DNA of 64,000 bases from Octopus sinensis (taxonomy: Eukaryota): the NCBI RefSeq assembly GCF_006345805.1, contig NC_043010.1, forward strand, positions 30,752,001-30,816,000. The letters run 5' to 3'. Position numbers and translations under genes: made by a program. Positions 39,987-53,520 of this stretch are shown piece by piece. The notes under the pieces are model-generated. The model was not told the DNA's origin. It worked only from the letters and a program-made list of their open reading frames with translations, and ran no database searches. Position 1 is the stretch's first letter. Each line of letters opens with the position of its first letter.

Positions 39987-40066
39987 TTCCTGAAGAGAAA
40001 GACACAATATGGTCTCCTTATTCAATCGGAATTTGGTAAATTGTGCCTTTCGAAACACGTGTAGAA
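39987..40066 (+). ncRNA. Type I hammerhead ribozyme
   Basis: ttc-CTGAAGA-gaaagacaca...tgtgcctttc-GAAAC-acgt-GTA-gaa, with possible extension tatt/aata. Predicted cut after 40063. Confidence 0.85.
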
Positions 40067-40117
40067 TGCAATAAAACGATTTCTGTTCAATCTTCGTTCA
40101 ACTCCATTTCTTCAATT

Positions 40118-40428
<311 letters not shown>

Positions 40429-40429
40429 G

Positions 40430-40469
<40 letters not shown>

Positions 40470-40619
40470 ATATCTCTTTGTCTGATTATCTATTTATCTA
40501 TCTATCAACCTACCTATCTTTCTATTTATCTATCTCCATTGTTATGGAACCTCACCCAAAAAGCAAAAACAATGTTCTCCTCTTCTAAACAAAACGCCTC
40601 AAAAACATCTTGTTTTATA

Positions 40620-42206
40620 CAGGGTTACCAATTTATGATATTTTATACTAGATCTAGCATTTTTTGTTTTTTTCGGCATTTAGCAGAAAATTTTTGTATC
40701 TGGCATTTAGCAGGAAAAATAGCAGGTTTCAAATTTTAGTTAGCACTTTTCTCTAATCATGACATTTCCACAATAGTTACCCTTTTTTCTTCTTTTTTTA
40801 TCCTTTTCTACTTTCATTAATGTATCTTATAACCAAATTTTAGTACTAAGAGCTATTGATGAATTTTTCTTTCACCTTTTTGAAACTTCAAATGAAAGTT
40901 TATCAAGTTATGAACCACCACCACCCCACCGGCTTGGATACAGAGTGGTGCTGGTGGGGGAGGGGGAGAAGATAACTCATGTCAGCACCTGAACTCACTA
41001 CACAATAAGGTAAATATGTTGCAAAGAATGAAAGCATGGAAATTTGTCCTAACAATGCTTTATTCTGTAGTATCAAGTTTTTATCATGACAGATTGATTG
41101 ATTTACTTTCAGTTTGACTGTATTTTTATCATGCTTGTTTTGGATTATATATCTTGTATAGAAGTTCGGGCTGGGGTGGCAGGGTTTCCTCCTTTATATT
41201 TCTACTTTTTTCTTCTTTTTTTTCAAGTATTGTAGTTACATTTGAGGTTTTACCAATAGATATTAAATGTAAGATTGGAAGCAAAATATGATGTTCCCAG
41301 GTTTATATCAGAACACAGTTTTAGGATTTCTGCAGATTTTACTTTTCCATTTATAAGTTGGCCACCCTGCACCCTGAATCAGTATTTTTCATCTCAAAAA
41401 TTTGTAAGCAGCAAACATAAGAATTCTTAATGACAACTGATAAATAGTGTTTTCAATTTTATATTTTTATCAATCATTCAATTTATTTTCTTGCTTCCCA
41501 CTACATTATAATGAGCAAAGAATAAAAAAAATTGTACCAGTAAAAAAGTGATTTTCAGTAGAGAATATTTTGCAGCATTTCAAAGAGCTGATTTTATCTG
41601 TCTTAGAAACAATGCATTTAAATGAAGAAAAAAATTGCTTCAATTGAAATTCAGTTTAATAGCATTCATTTAGTTAAATTGACAAATATGTCTAATACTG
41701 AGGCATTCTGGCTGGAAGTCTTGGAATATAAAGATGCTACTGGAGGAAATCCTTTTAGAAATGTTGCAAATTTTGCCATTATTCTATTGACATTGCCAAA
41801 CTCAAATGCAGAAGTTGAACAGTTGTTCAGTAGTATGGGTGTAATCAAATCAAAATTGAAAAACAAAATGCATCTTCCTACGCTTAGATCAATACTGTCT
41901 ATAAAATATGGCCTGAAAAGATATGGCAAATGTTTTAAAAACTTTGATATTCCAAAACACATAATTAACAAGATTGGGACCTTGAATGTATACAGAAGTC
42001 AAGACCTAAGCACTGTAGCTGAAAGTGATCAAATCAGTGAAATTCAAGAAATTATTTCTCAATGCTGAATATAATTAAAGAAAGTAAATAAAAATTAAGC
42101 TTTTTGCTATAATTAGTCTTTGGCATTTTTTGTCATATTTAGCATTTTTTGGTATTTTTTCTACTGAAATTTAGCATAAAATTCTGATTTTAAGCTGGTA
42201 ACACTG
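40620..42206 (+). mobile_element. Internally deleted hAT transposon with both TIRs and an 8-bp TSD
   Basis: TIRs cagggttacca / tggtaacactg. Flanks gttttata / gttttaca. ORF 41622..42068 has FWLEV...LLTLPNSNAEVEQLFSSMGVIKSKLKNKM (hAT dimerisation domain). Subterminal tttagca/ttggcatttt repeats. Confidence 0.9.
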
Positions 42207-42366
42207 GTTTTACATAAATGAACAAGCTGTTTGTACATTCACAAAATTCTAATCTGACAAGTTTGAGAAACGAAAGAAAACACTAATAATAATGAATAAA
42301 TAAAAAGATTTTTTCCCAAAATTCTGGTGACCTTTTTCTTAATATATATATATATATATATATATG

Positions 42367-43910
42367 TTTCTACCCTACCTGATCGTTTTAATACTTTATA
42401 GTTGCCTCTAGAAAAATCTAAATTTTTGTACCCCTATAAATTCATACTTAGCTTATAAAAAACTATATGGGTGTCTTCACAACTTAAAATTAAACTGTTT
42501 AGATTATAATTTAACTAATTTATAGTAATTTTGTTCTCTCACCTCAATGATAAATCTTCTGATAATCCTAAATTTTTACTTTATACAATAATGACATATT
42601 GTTTAAAATAGTTTTAGTAACTAGGTTTTTTATCGCTTTCTTAAAGTGTTCCGTCCTCCTAATTTTGGTATGTATATTGGCTTTATACAAACAGCCCTTA
42701 TAATTAAGTACCCCTAAGAAACTGTAATATCATTTATGGATTAACACAATTAACTTTTAAAATCTATATTATACCTTTTAATATAATATTAGTATATACT
42801 TAGCATTCCCTTTTTAACAACAATTATTCTTTTAACCAATACCGGGTTCCAGTCCTGATTTTCATGAGCTAAACAAGTTAAATAACAATTTTTAGCTCAT
42901 AATACTCAAATTATTATACATTTTCTATAAATATTTGCTATTGAAGTTAATAAGGTATGGATATTTTATTATGGCTTTTAGTTATTAGACTGTATTTATC
43001 CCTTTTCTCTGATGCTCTACCCTAACTGATCATTTTATTATTATTGTTGTTATTATTTTATAGTAACCTTAAATAAATCTAATCTTTGTACCCCTATTAA
43101 TTCATTCTCAGCTTATATAAGGTAATACTGATATCTCAACAACTTAAAATAGTTCAATAGGAGAGAGATCTTTTCTGTCACTGTTACAGAGTTTGAAATT
43201 TGAAATTAAGTGAAAATGTTCAAATTTGGTATATTGATATATTTTTCACGATGAATCCAAGACTGTAATTCATTTATTCCAGAAAATTTTTGCCAAAAAT
43301 GTTACAGAGATTTAAAGTTTGATCAATTTTACCCAATCAGAAAACAGAAAATGATTGCTGTGATAAAAAGGAAGTAAACTTTAGAAACCAAGTACATTAT
43401 TCACAATTGACGGACATCTGACCTCATCTTGTTTGTTGTTAACACGTTTTGGCTTATATACCCTCCAGCCTTCATCGGGTATCTTGGAGAAATTTCGAAC
43501 CTGGGTTCTCATTCCTAAGTTATTTTTCGATGTTGTTGTTATTATTATTATTATTATTATTAATCAGGTTCTTGCCTGGAACTGAACTCGGAATCTTGGG
43601 GTGTGTAGCCCATGCTCTTAACCACTACTTCATGTGCCTGTGGCAATTATGGAGTGAATTTTAGGGCTTATAAATCTAAATAAGTAAATAAACAATTTTT
43701 AGTTTAAAATACTTACATTATAACATTTTCTATAAATCTTCTCTATTGATGTTAACAACCTTATCATAGGTTTTCATGATAAAGCTATTTTATTCCTTTT
43801 TCTATGGTGTTCTGCTCCACTTGATCGTTTTATTATTTTATAATAGCTTTTATTTATAAAACGAATCTAATTTCTGTACCCCTATAAATTCATACTTAGC
43901 CTATATAAAA
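42367..43910. repeat. Three diverged direct repeats of an AT-rich ~100-130-bp block (near 42367, 43015 and 43815)
   Basis: Each copy has tgatc(g/a)tttta...atctaa...tgtacccctat(a/t)aattcat(a/t)ct(t/c)agc. Confidence 0.7.
43350..43690 (-). mobile_element. tRNA-headed SINE-like element with a degenerate HHR-like tail
   Basis: Minus strand: A-box-like tagtggttaagagc and B-box-like gagttcagttcc (43642-43565), then (TAA)n, then CCGATGA-aggc...gcc-AAAAC-gtgtt (43478-43441). Confidence 0.6.
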
Positions 43911-44117
43911 CATTACACGCAAAATCAAACAGGGTGGAAATATGAGACTTGCATGGAAAACAAAGAACTGACAAGTGTATAATATGATGAAAGACATGTA
44001 AAAGGAACCTGTAGAACGACCGCACGAAGGAGAGGTGACGATTGCAGTAAATACGAAGAAGATAAATGAGTATAAGTGCCAGAAGGAAAAGAGAGACACA
44101 GACACAACCGGGTAAGA

Positions 44118-44915
44118 TGTTAAAAGAAGATTTTATTTATATGTTAACATGAGTGTGTATGCGTCATATATAATAGACAGGCCATCGGGTGTACAAAGTG
44201 TATGTATGTGCATTAAGTACAGCATTGAACGAGTCTAGGCGTTAGAAGAATGTTCAGACACAAGGATGATAAATACCAGTTCGTAGTCAAGGTACACGAT
44301 AGTTGAAGTGCTGTAGCAAGAAGTTGAGGCTTGCAATGCAGAACCGATTGAGACACATGTCGGGCGGGAAGCTGTGGCTACTATGCAGAGCCGGTTACTT
44401 ATTACAGGAGTTCTCGCAGGTTGTGTTTGCTGTTAACCATGGTGAAGTAATTCCCGAACAGTGTTGAGATAGAACCTGTGTGAGTGTTGCTGGTTGCTGT
44501 ATATGTAAAGAGATGTTGTTAACGACGTTAAGAAGGTGACGGAGATGGAGGTCCTGAATGCTGCTGGACGAAGTGCTAATGCGTCTCCATGTGGCTGCGG
44601 GGTGTTGTCGCTGGAACAGGCTGTGTCCTGTGTGGTTAGCGGCTAGATCTTATGAGGTCTGAAACCGAAAGACGAAAGACGGTGTTGAAGCTAGTATTTT
44701 ATACTGTACTATCGGCTCACCGGAAGTTTGGAAGAGACTGTCACATGAGACCTTGTCTGAAGGCTACGATTGGTTGGGTCGCATATTGGCGCGTAACAGT
44801 GCAAGAGACAAAATGCACCAACACCAACCAATCAGAGTAGTAGACACAACAGGGTCCAAAAGTGCTCCGAATGCTAGCTGTTATCTACTACGTCCGTTCT
44901 TGTATATATATAACA
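44118..44915 (-). mobile_element. Probable solo LTR (798 bp)
   Basis: Termini TGTTA...TAACA. On the minus strand a TATA-like TATAAAA lies near 44700 and AATAAA about 20 nt before the end. No clear TSD. Confidence 0.5.
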
Positions 44916-44940
44916 GAGAGAGAGAGAGAGTCCGCTACAA

Positions 44941-47244
44941 ACCCTCCTCTCCCTTAAATTTTCTTTTTTACGGAAACCCACGTTTTAGGCTATGGAAATT
45001 CCGATTCTGAAAAGACTTTTAAAAAATCACAACTTCAAAATTTCAATTCCCCCTCAGAATCAGAATCTCCGTATTTTTGCACGTATCTCGCCAAAAAAAA
45101 AAAAAAATTCCTGAAATAGTGAAGAATGAAGAAATGGGGAGATTTCTTCATTTTCACTTTTTCAGGAATTTTTTTTTTTTTTGCGAGATACGTACAAAAA
45201 TACGAAGATTATGATTCTGAAAAAAAAAATTATTTGTAAAATTTCAATTTTTCAAAAAAGAAAAAGAAAATTATCCCCCCTCCCTCAAGCAGGGTATTGA
45301 CATGCTAGAAATAACAGCCAAATCTCACAAAACTGCGATAATATAATGAAAAAAATGTGTAATCAATATACTCACCTTTCTGCAAAGATTTCTTTCAGAG
45401 TAATTTCCCGCAGTAATATGAAATTAAAGGGTTTTGGGTTTTTTTTTTTTTTGAAAGTTACAAAACAATATGAATTTTGTCGAGAAGTGTGGTGTTCAGG
45501 GAAGCCGCGCTGATGGAGTTTAGCGGGGACAACCTTCCGCAATGTGTTCGAGAAATGTATAGAAATATCTGGAAGTTTTTCTTCGCAGTAAATCCATACA
45601 TTTCTCGATACATTGTTTCATCGACGCGGGACCATTTCATGTCGCCCAATGATCCAGTCACATACTTTAGTCGTCTTTTGATACGGGACCAATAGGCCTC
45701 AATGTGGTTCGTGCAACTGCCAGTTTCAGGGTCGACAAAATTCTATGAATGGTTAACCGTTCTGTGAATGTAACCCATCTGTTGTAAGTTCCTTTAGCTG
45801 GCCCATTTATCTGTATGTATTATAGTACCGGGTAACGCATTTTCAATTATAACAGCTTCTAGTGTTGCTGTGCTTCTGTCGGGTACACGCTGTAGAAATC
45901 CTTTCTTCACAGTGGTGTCATAGCTCTTAAAGAAGTATTGAAGCAGCTTGCTCCAGAGAGAAGAATGGAGTTTTTGAAAACCAACGGCATTATTGCCTCT
46001 AGTAAAACGTGCGTTTGCACACACTTTATGACTGTGAAGACATCGGCCAGATCGGTGGATGTATTTGTGTGGCGGTGCGGAAATTGTAAGAAGAATATTT
46101 CTATAAAGACAAAGACTTATAGTCTTTGTCAAAATTGTCCTTACAGAAAAAAATTTCACATTGTCTTCCATTTCGTGTTCGAGGCACCTATATCTTCTGC
46201 GGCTTTATATACCGGAGTAGATAACAAAACCGCGACCCCGTGGTATGAATTTTGTCGAGAAGTGTATTCGGAGAAGATGCTTCGAGACAAAACTCTGCTC
46301 GGTGCTCCAGGTCATGGGGTAGAAATAGATGAGAGCTTGCTCTTTAAAAGGAAGAGCGACGTAGGGAGAATAGGCCATCAAACGTGGGTTGTCGGGTGCT
46401 ATGACACTACAGTGAAAAAAGGATTTCTGCAACGTGTACCCGACAGAAGCGCAGCAACACTAGAAGCTGTTATAATTGAAAATGTGTTACCCGGTACTAA
46501 AATACATACAGATAAATGGGCCAGCTATAGGAACTTACAACAGCTAGGTTACAATCACAGAACGGTTAACCATTCAAAGAATTTTGTCGACCCTGAAACT
46601 GGCAGTTGCACGACCACATTGAGGCCTATTGGTCCCGTATCAAAAGACGGCTATGAAACAATGTATCGAGAAATGTATGGATTTACTGCGAAGAAAAACC
46701 TCCAGATATTTCTATACATTTCTCGAACACATTGCGGAAGGTTATCCCCGCTAAACTCCACCAGCGCGGCTTCCCCCAACACTACACTTCTCGACAAAAT
46801 TCATATTCTTTTGTAACTTAACCCCCCCCCCCAAAAACCCCTTTCATTTCATATTACTGTGGGAAATTACTCTGAAAGAAATCTTTGCAGAAAGGTGAGT
46901 ATATTGATTACACATTTCTTTCATTATATTATCGCAGTTTTGTGAGATTTGGCTGTTATTTCTAGCATGTAAATACCCTGCTTGAGGGAGGGGGGGATAA
47001 TTTTCTTTTTCTTTTTTGAAAAATTGAAATTTTACAAACAATTTTTTTCAGAATCGTATCTCTGTATTGTACGTATCTCACCAAAAAAATATCCGGAAAA
47101 AGTGAAAAAATGGTGAGGGATGTGTGGAAATTGACATTTTGAAGTTGCGATTTTTGGAATTTTTTATTTTTTCAGAATCGGAATCTCCATAGTCTAAAAC
47201 GTTGGTTTCCGTAAAAAGAAAAATTAAGTGGGGGTGGGGAGGGT
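44941..47244 (+). mobile_element. Merlin (IS1595/IS1016-like) DNA transposon with a giant fold-back
   Basis: Left arm 44941-45924 is an inverted copy of 46398-47244. Flanks tccgctacaa / tccgattaca resemble an imperfect ~9-bp TSD. Confidence 0.88.
45938..46816 (+). pseudogene. Merlin/ISXO2-like DDE transposase, missing true start and internally deleted near the C-terminus
   Basis: CVC...WRCGNC zinc ribbon; VEIDESLLFKRK, WVVG, VPDRSAATLEAVI, IHTDKWASY, HRTVNHSKNFVDPETG. The ORF starts at TTG. Confidence 0.88.
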
Positions 47245-48014
47245 TCCGATTACATATCCTCCATCTGGACCAAAAATACGTCAACAAAGGAAAATATTGG
47301 GCACGTGGTTAGTGTGACGTTTACGAAACAATAACTGACTGAAAGGCGCAGCTGATAGCAGCAGGAGTGAGCGGCATAAAAAGGAGAGCAAGTGAGAAAC
47401 AGCGAGTGACAGAGGAACAAAATAGACTGAGAGAAAAATATTGAGAGAGGGAGAGGAAGAGAGAGAGAGAGAGAAGTGAAAGGAGCGGGAAGGGAAAGGT
47501 GGGGAGGGTAAAATAGATCGAGATAAAATTAGTAGAAGTCACAGTGAAAGAAACACCAATTACATACTCACCACCGTTTAGACGTCCCAAAATACTTCGA
47601 TAATTCTTACTGCTTTTCAAGTGTAAACTAAAGGAATTAATTTTCATAAGAAATATTATTCCAAACAGGGACTGTTATTGGATACTTTGGAATATCTACG
47701 CTGTGCAGGGCTAAACAACGAGGTTGGTGTTTGACATATTCCCACTTCCATTTTCTGTTTTAGCAACAAACCAGTAACGGTATAATATTATATGGAACTG
47801 GATCCAAAAACAGTTACACTAAACAAAATAATTGTTGTTGCTGCTGTTGTTGTTGTGTTTGTAATGCCATATGTTTTGTTGAAATGTGATTATCTTACAT
47901 TGTGCAATTGTTTGTTTATATTTTTATATTTAAAAAAAAAATATTTGGTAATTGTTTTAAATCCAATTGAGGCAGGTTTGTAGAAATTACGGGTTTCTCT
48001 CAATTTTCGTCTAC

Positions 48015-48133
48015 TGCATCAGCTCTCAAGGCTTTGGTCGGCAGGTCTTGAGTAGAAGACACTTACCCAAGGTACCGCGCAGTGAGACTGAACCTGGAAT
48101 CATGTAGTTGAGAAACAAACTTTTTACGCCTGT
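48015..48133 (-). mobile_element. SINE family A, 5' part
   Basis: Reverse complement: ccaggttcagtctcactgcgcggtaccttgggtaagtgtcttctact...ccgaccaaagccttgagag. Confidence 0.75.
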
Positions 48134-48710
48134 ACCTTGAATAAGTAGAGAACACACACATATTACATGGAAAATGCGAGCAAGAGAAATAATATTCTTA
48201 AGATTATAAACCTGGAAAAGTTCAGGACAAGTTATTACTTTCAATTTGCTTAAGAACTGAATTAGCGACAAAGTCTGAAAGATGTTGCGTGTGAATAAAT
48301 TGCGGCTTTAAAAATATCATTCAGCTACTACTGTAGTTGAATGATATAAATATATAATCGATATTTGGGGAACAGCTTTTATTTTATACACGTTTCGTTA
48401 AATACACAACATAAATATCTATTTGTGCATGAGCGCACACACACATAAATATGTACACACACGCACACACACGCGCACACACATACACACACACACAGAC
48501 ATACCCACACATATAATTTGATTTCATCTGGTTAATCTTATACTATGCTCCACAAATCTCCTCTACTGGTATTGACAACTATATGCTATCACGTTACAGG
48601 AATTATCTTTTTACTGGATATCCATGCGGAAATCCATTAATATCCGTAGAATTCATACAAAAATATTTACAATGTGTAACACGATGTTTGTCCATGGGTA
48701 CCAACTATCA

Positions 48711-49100
48711 TTTCCTATTTGCTTACCCCTAGAAAGAATGAAAGAAGACTAATATTTCCTTCAAACTTTGCTTTTGTTACTTTTATTCAAACCCCGAATA
48801 ATCCCTCTCAACTCATGGCTCTGATGCTTCCCCGTAACTCCTGCTCACTATCAGAGATGTACATATTGTCAGCCACTAAGGGACATGCTCAGTTAGTTGA
48901 GATCAAACAAATGATAAGCAAATCTGTGGTACTGAGCAAAATATTATAACGATATTTGTTTCAGCAACTCAGCACTGAATTTGTCTAAAATGTAATAGAA
49001 AATAGATAAGTTTCAAATCATTGATGACCAAGTGACAAAAGCAAAGTTTGAAGGAAATGGTAATCATTTCCTTTGACTTCTAGATAGAAGCAAATAGAAA
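48711..49100. mobile_element. MITE-like element with ~70-bp imperfect inverted termini
   Basis: ttcctatttgctt...atttccttcaaactttgcttttgttac versus gtgacaaaagcaaagtttgaaggaaat...aagcaaatagaaa. Confidence 0.6.
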
Positions 49101-49274
49101 AAAAAAGGGAGAGGAATTTGTGACACTGTATTGTAATACAAGAAGATGCAATGAACAGGCCTCAATCAAAATTACTACAATTGTTTCTGTATCAGCTGTG
49201 GACCTGCATATCTTCAGGCAAGTGGTTTTGAGAACAATACTCCTGAACCCTCACACCTGAAGACTTGCAGGTAC

Positions 49275-49345
<71 letters not shown>

Positions 49346-49348
<3 letters not shown>

Positions 49349-50737
49349 GTTGGCGTAAAAAAGGGGGTAAAAATTGTTTTTTTTCAATTTTCAGGGAAAC
49401 ACCCTCCTATTTTATTGATATGCCTAAGATAGCATTGTATGCGAATTTGGGGTTGAAAGAGAGAAAATTAGAGGTTGCTACCAAACTTTAAAAATAAATG
49501 TATATCAGTTTGTGCTCAAAAATATTGTTTTGTTGATATTTTCGCCTGGTTTGATATGTACCTAGTAAACCTAGTTTGAAGAAAAACGATGATATTCTAG
49601 GCTTAGTACGTAGTTAGGTACGGCGTATTGGGCGTTAACTTTTTTATGTGGAAGTTTCCCCAGTGGGCTATCATAACCACTTATGTAAGTTTACTTTTGT
49701 TTTTTGTGAAGCAAGAGCAACAAATTCTTCTTCTGATGTTGAACTATCTTGATTCAAACTTGAAGGACTTGAGCTTGAGATCACTTCTGTTTCGAAAACG
49801 GCTGGCTCTTTCCCTCTTTCTTTTCTTTTCAAGCAATCATTCCTTTTCTCTAACAATCTCTTCCATTCGTGAAAAAACTTTATCCCCTCCAGCCATTTTG
49901 CCCTTTTTTTTTTTTTTGTCGTTGCAGCTTCAAACATTCACGATTTTCATCTATTTTTACCATGTCAAGAGCACTTATATGTGTAATGTCAAACAGATCT
50001 TCTAAGTCATTTTGCCAGCTCTCTTGTTTTTGAAGTATTGTAGGTGATTGCTTCTTAGTATTTCTGTTCTTCTTTAGATTCTCCCACTCGTTGATAAGCT
50101 TCTTTACTCTCTCCACGACATGACATTTCAACGCTGCTTGGACGCGTGGCTTTCCCACACCTCCATAACATCTCACACGGCCAACAAAGCCGCTGTTTTC
50201 ACCTGTTGCTTTTTGTTGTTCTTGTAGTTCATAAACAATGCTAATGTTTCCCTCTAAGATGGAAGCTGGGTTTATCTGAAGGACTCCATAGGATGTCCTA
50301 TGAGCCAAACAACTGTTTTGTGACGCGTATGCTACTCCATGAATGCAACTCAGCAACAGCTATAGTTCTATACAACCATTCTCAGCGAAGGCAGCAAAGA
50401 TACTGAGTCAGTGACGCCGCACTTACACTGACGCGGCCTCCACAGTGGCGTCACAGCAAAGAAATGATTCTAGAATGTTCGGCCACGGCGTCTATAGCAA
50501 TAAAAGGGATGAGAAGGTTTACGGAAAGGGGTTCAGAGTCTGTTATGACTGCTATACGTTGCTGATCACCATTTTTGCTGAATTCTACAATATAAATGTA
50601 CAATAAATGCAAATTGAAAAATAACAGTATACAAAATGTTCAGTGGATGGTAGCGACCTCTAAAATATCTTCATTTGTGCTGAAATTAGAGAGTATCTTC
50701 AAGTTTTTGAAATGATAAGTTATTTTGCACCACCCTA
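49346..50737 (-). mobile_element. DNA transposon with TAGG(G/T)TGG TIRs (hATm-like, tentative), internally deleted copy
   Basis: taggttggcgtaaaa / ttttgcaccacccta, inserted in (TA)n. Minus-strand transposase N-terminus VERVKKLINEWENLKKN...QESWQNDLEDLFDI. Confidence 0.7.
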
Positions 50738-50946
50738 ATATATATATTGCTCGGTCGTTCGTTATGTTGCTTGTCTTGTTTTCCATTTGTTTCTTTCGTT
50801 GTCGCAAAAAGAAGTTCATATTCCATGTACTTGTATTTCGTATCTCATGTTTTCGTTTTTTATGTTGTTTACGTCCAGTGACGTCCTGTGCCCACATATG
50901 CATATGTGTATACGTATATATGTATGTACATATCCCTATGTATATA

Positions 50947-51004
<58 letters not shown>

Positions 51005-51319
51005 ATATACCCATGCATACATTCAGGTAGTGGTATAAACCTCATTAAGGGATAATAAATCCAATGAAAATACTGGTTAGTTACCAATCCAGAGAAAGTT
51101 CAGCTATAAGGTAACCGTATAAACCGTGGTTCATATATTTACAAATTTAAAGAATAAGAAGAAAATTGAGAGGTAATTAATAAAATATTATTTATTATAA
51201 AATATGACAATATCTCTGACAGCTGTTTCAATTCAGTAATCTTTAGATAATTAATTTAATTTAAAATTATTATAGGATGAATCTCTTCTGAGGTAGTAAA
51301 GACATAGCGATTAGAAATA

Positions 51320-52574
51320 CAGGGATTGGAAAAAGTAAAGGTAACACCTTACAATTTCAAACAAATTTATTCTAATATGGGGTAGGACCACCTTTGGTAG
51401 TAATAACAGTTTGAATACTACGAGGTATGGACTCGTACAAAGTTTGAATTGTTTCTAAAGGAATTTTTGTCCATTCTTCAGCTAAAACAGTATTTAGGTC
51501 TTGTAGTGATGATGGAGGAGGATATCGACTCTTTATTTGCTTTTTCTAAAATGCACCATAAATGTTCAATAATACTGAGATCTGGGGACTGCGATGGCCA
51601 AATAAGATGTTCAACTTCACTAGAATGTTCCTCGTGCTATTCAGTAACAATTTTAGCTGTGTGAATTGGTGCATTATCATCCTGAAAGATTGCGTTTCCT
51701 TCCGGAAACAGTTCTGCAAACATAGGATGAATTTGATCAGATAAAATGCTTAAATAGTCTTGACTATTAATTCTGCCATGAAGGGAAACCATTGGGTCGG
51801 CAGATTTCCAAGATATAGCCCTCCAGATCATCATAGATTTTCCTCCATTTTTAAGAGTTGGAAGAAAGCAATCTGGGTCAAATGCTTATTTTGGCTGTCT
51901 CCACTCGTACACACGGCCGGTGGTCGGAAATAAGGTAAAGGATGACCCGTCCGTCCATGAAAATAACATTCTTCCACTGCTCTAGGGACCAATTCTGTAG
52001 GTTTTTACTTCACTCTAAACGCATTGCAACGTTTGTTTTTGAAAGTAATGGTTTTCTGATTGCAGCCCTCACGTGAAATCCGGCTTTGTGCAGCTCCCGG
52101 TAAACAGCTTTTGTGGAAACTGGGTTCTCAAGATGGTCATTAAGCTCTGCAGTAATTTTAGGAACTATAATTTTGTGATCCTTTCTAATAATTCGCGTAA
52201 GAGTCCGACGGTCCCTATCTGAAAGTTTTGATTTTTTTCCGGAGTTCTGTTTCGATGAGGTTTTTCCCTCTTCTCAAAGGCTGTCATTACTTTCGATACA
52301 CCAAACATTTCGGCTGTTTTCGTGACGTTAGCGCCTGCCATTCGAGCACCAACAATTTGACCTCTTTGAAAGTCCGATAGATCTGTCATTTTAATGAATT
52401 TTAATTACCTTTCTCTGATGATATCTGAAAAGAAACAGCAATTTTAGCAAAACATATTAAGCAACACTAATAATAAAAAAAAATAAAATAAAATAAGCTT
52501 TTGATAGTTTTATAGATATTTCACAATTATGATGCTATGATGCTAGGTGTTTCCATTATTTTGTCTAACCCCTG
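51320..52574 (-). mobile_element. Tc1 (DD34E-type) transposon, copy A, defective
   Basis: TA|cagggattggaaaaag...ttgtctaacccctg|TA. MTDLSDFQRGQIVGARMAG, FQDDNAPIH, WPSQSPDLSIIEHLW. Confidence 0.92.
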
Positions 52575-53299
52575 TACATGTTGAGATAACGGCTATAAAC
52601 CGTTAACTGATAGCATATATACAAAAAGAGCCAGTTGTAGAAGGACTCAATCCAAAATATGGGAAGAAGCTAGTGCATATTTTGTGTCTTAAAGAAAGAA
52701 AAGAAGAGATTAATATAATACTATAGGGTATTGAGAAGGAGAAAAAGGAAAAGAAAAAGAAGAAATACGCATGTTTATATGAATATATAATAATGCCATA
52801 TAATATCATACTGATCTATAATACTGCAATACAAAGAATTTTAAGTTATAGGATTTAAGTTGAGTAGAAGCAAACCGTGGCAATTATATATTAACTGAAG
52901 TTATAAGAAATGAATAAATAATTTCTAAATATAATAATAATAATAACTGAATGTTTATGTTTATAATAATAATGAAATAAAATTTAATTTAAATAAATAA
53001 ATAAGTAGCAAATCTAGAATAAGATAGAAAGGGAAAATATCAAAATACATAATATATCCTTATATCCCTTAAGAAAATTTAGTTCAAGCCTTTAAAGTAA
53101 AAAGCGACAATGATAAACTATTGGATAGGAAAAAATTTAAAATTTCAGACATACAGCGTTCCGTTAGAGAAACAGGAAGTAAATATGCTAAGAAACATGC
53201 TTAAGGGGACAAAAGAATTATTAGGAAAATAAACATTATGTAAGAGGAAATTCCTATATATAAATAAAACTGAAAATAAAATAAAATAAATGACAAAGA

Positions 53300-53520
53300 A
53301 TTATGTTGGTAAAAATCCACCGCGAAAGAGAAGCAGTTGAGGGAGAGAACAAGTTCGGCCACACGAAGAGTGAAGGAGTCAGGTTGGGGATTGGGCGAAG
53401 GCCCAGAAAGTGTTTAAGAGCAAGAAGTCCTTCGTTGTGTGGGATCACCGTATATAGACTCAAGATATCAAGAGTGAAGAGAAGTTTAGAGGGGTCAGTC
53501 GGGAAGGAGAAACAATAAAA
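53300..53520 (-). mobile_element. Penelope-like RT fragment, copy A
   Basis: SLYTVIPHNEGLLALKHFL, the PLE DVxSLYTxIPH motif. Confidence 0.75.

Larger units (their letters stand above)
38315..40100 (+). mobile_element. 5'-truncated Penelope-like element: 5' inversion, RT-thumb fragment, GIY-YIG ORF, 3' region with HHR
   Basis: Perfect 69-bp inverted repeat 38315-38383 / 38601-38669. IRTNLPLMFRQAIANNFPRNSKYYSTVNSHKVRIAFS at 38490-38600. GIY-YIG ORF and HHR follow. Confidence 0.85.

Noticed and set aside
49200-49275. Small inverted repeat containing CTGAAGA
   Set aside because: No downstream GAAA core, and it is poorly conserved in the duplicate near 54955.
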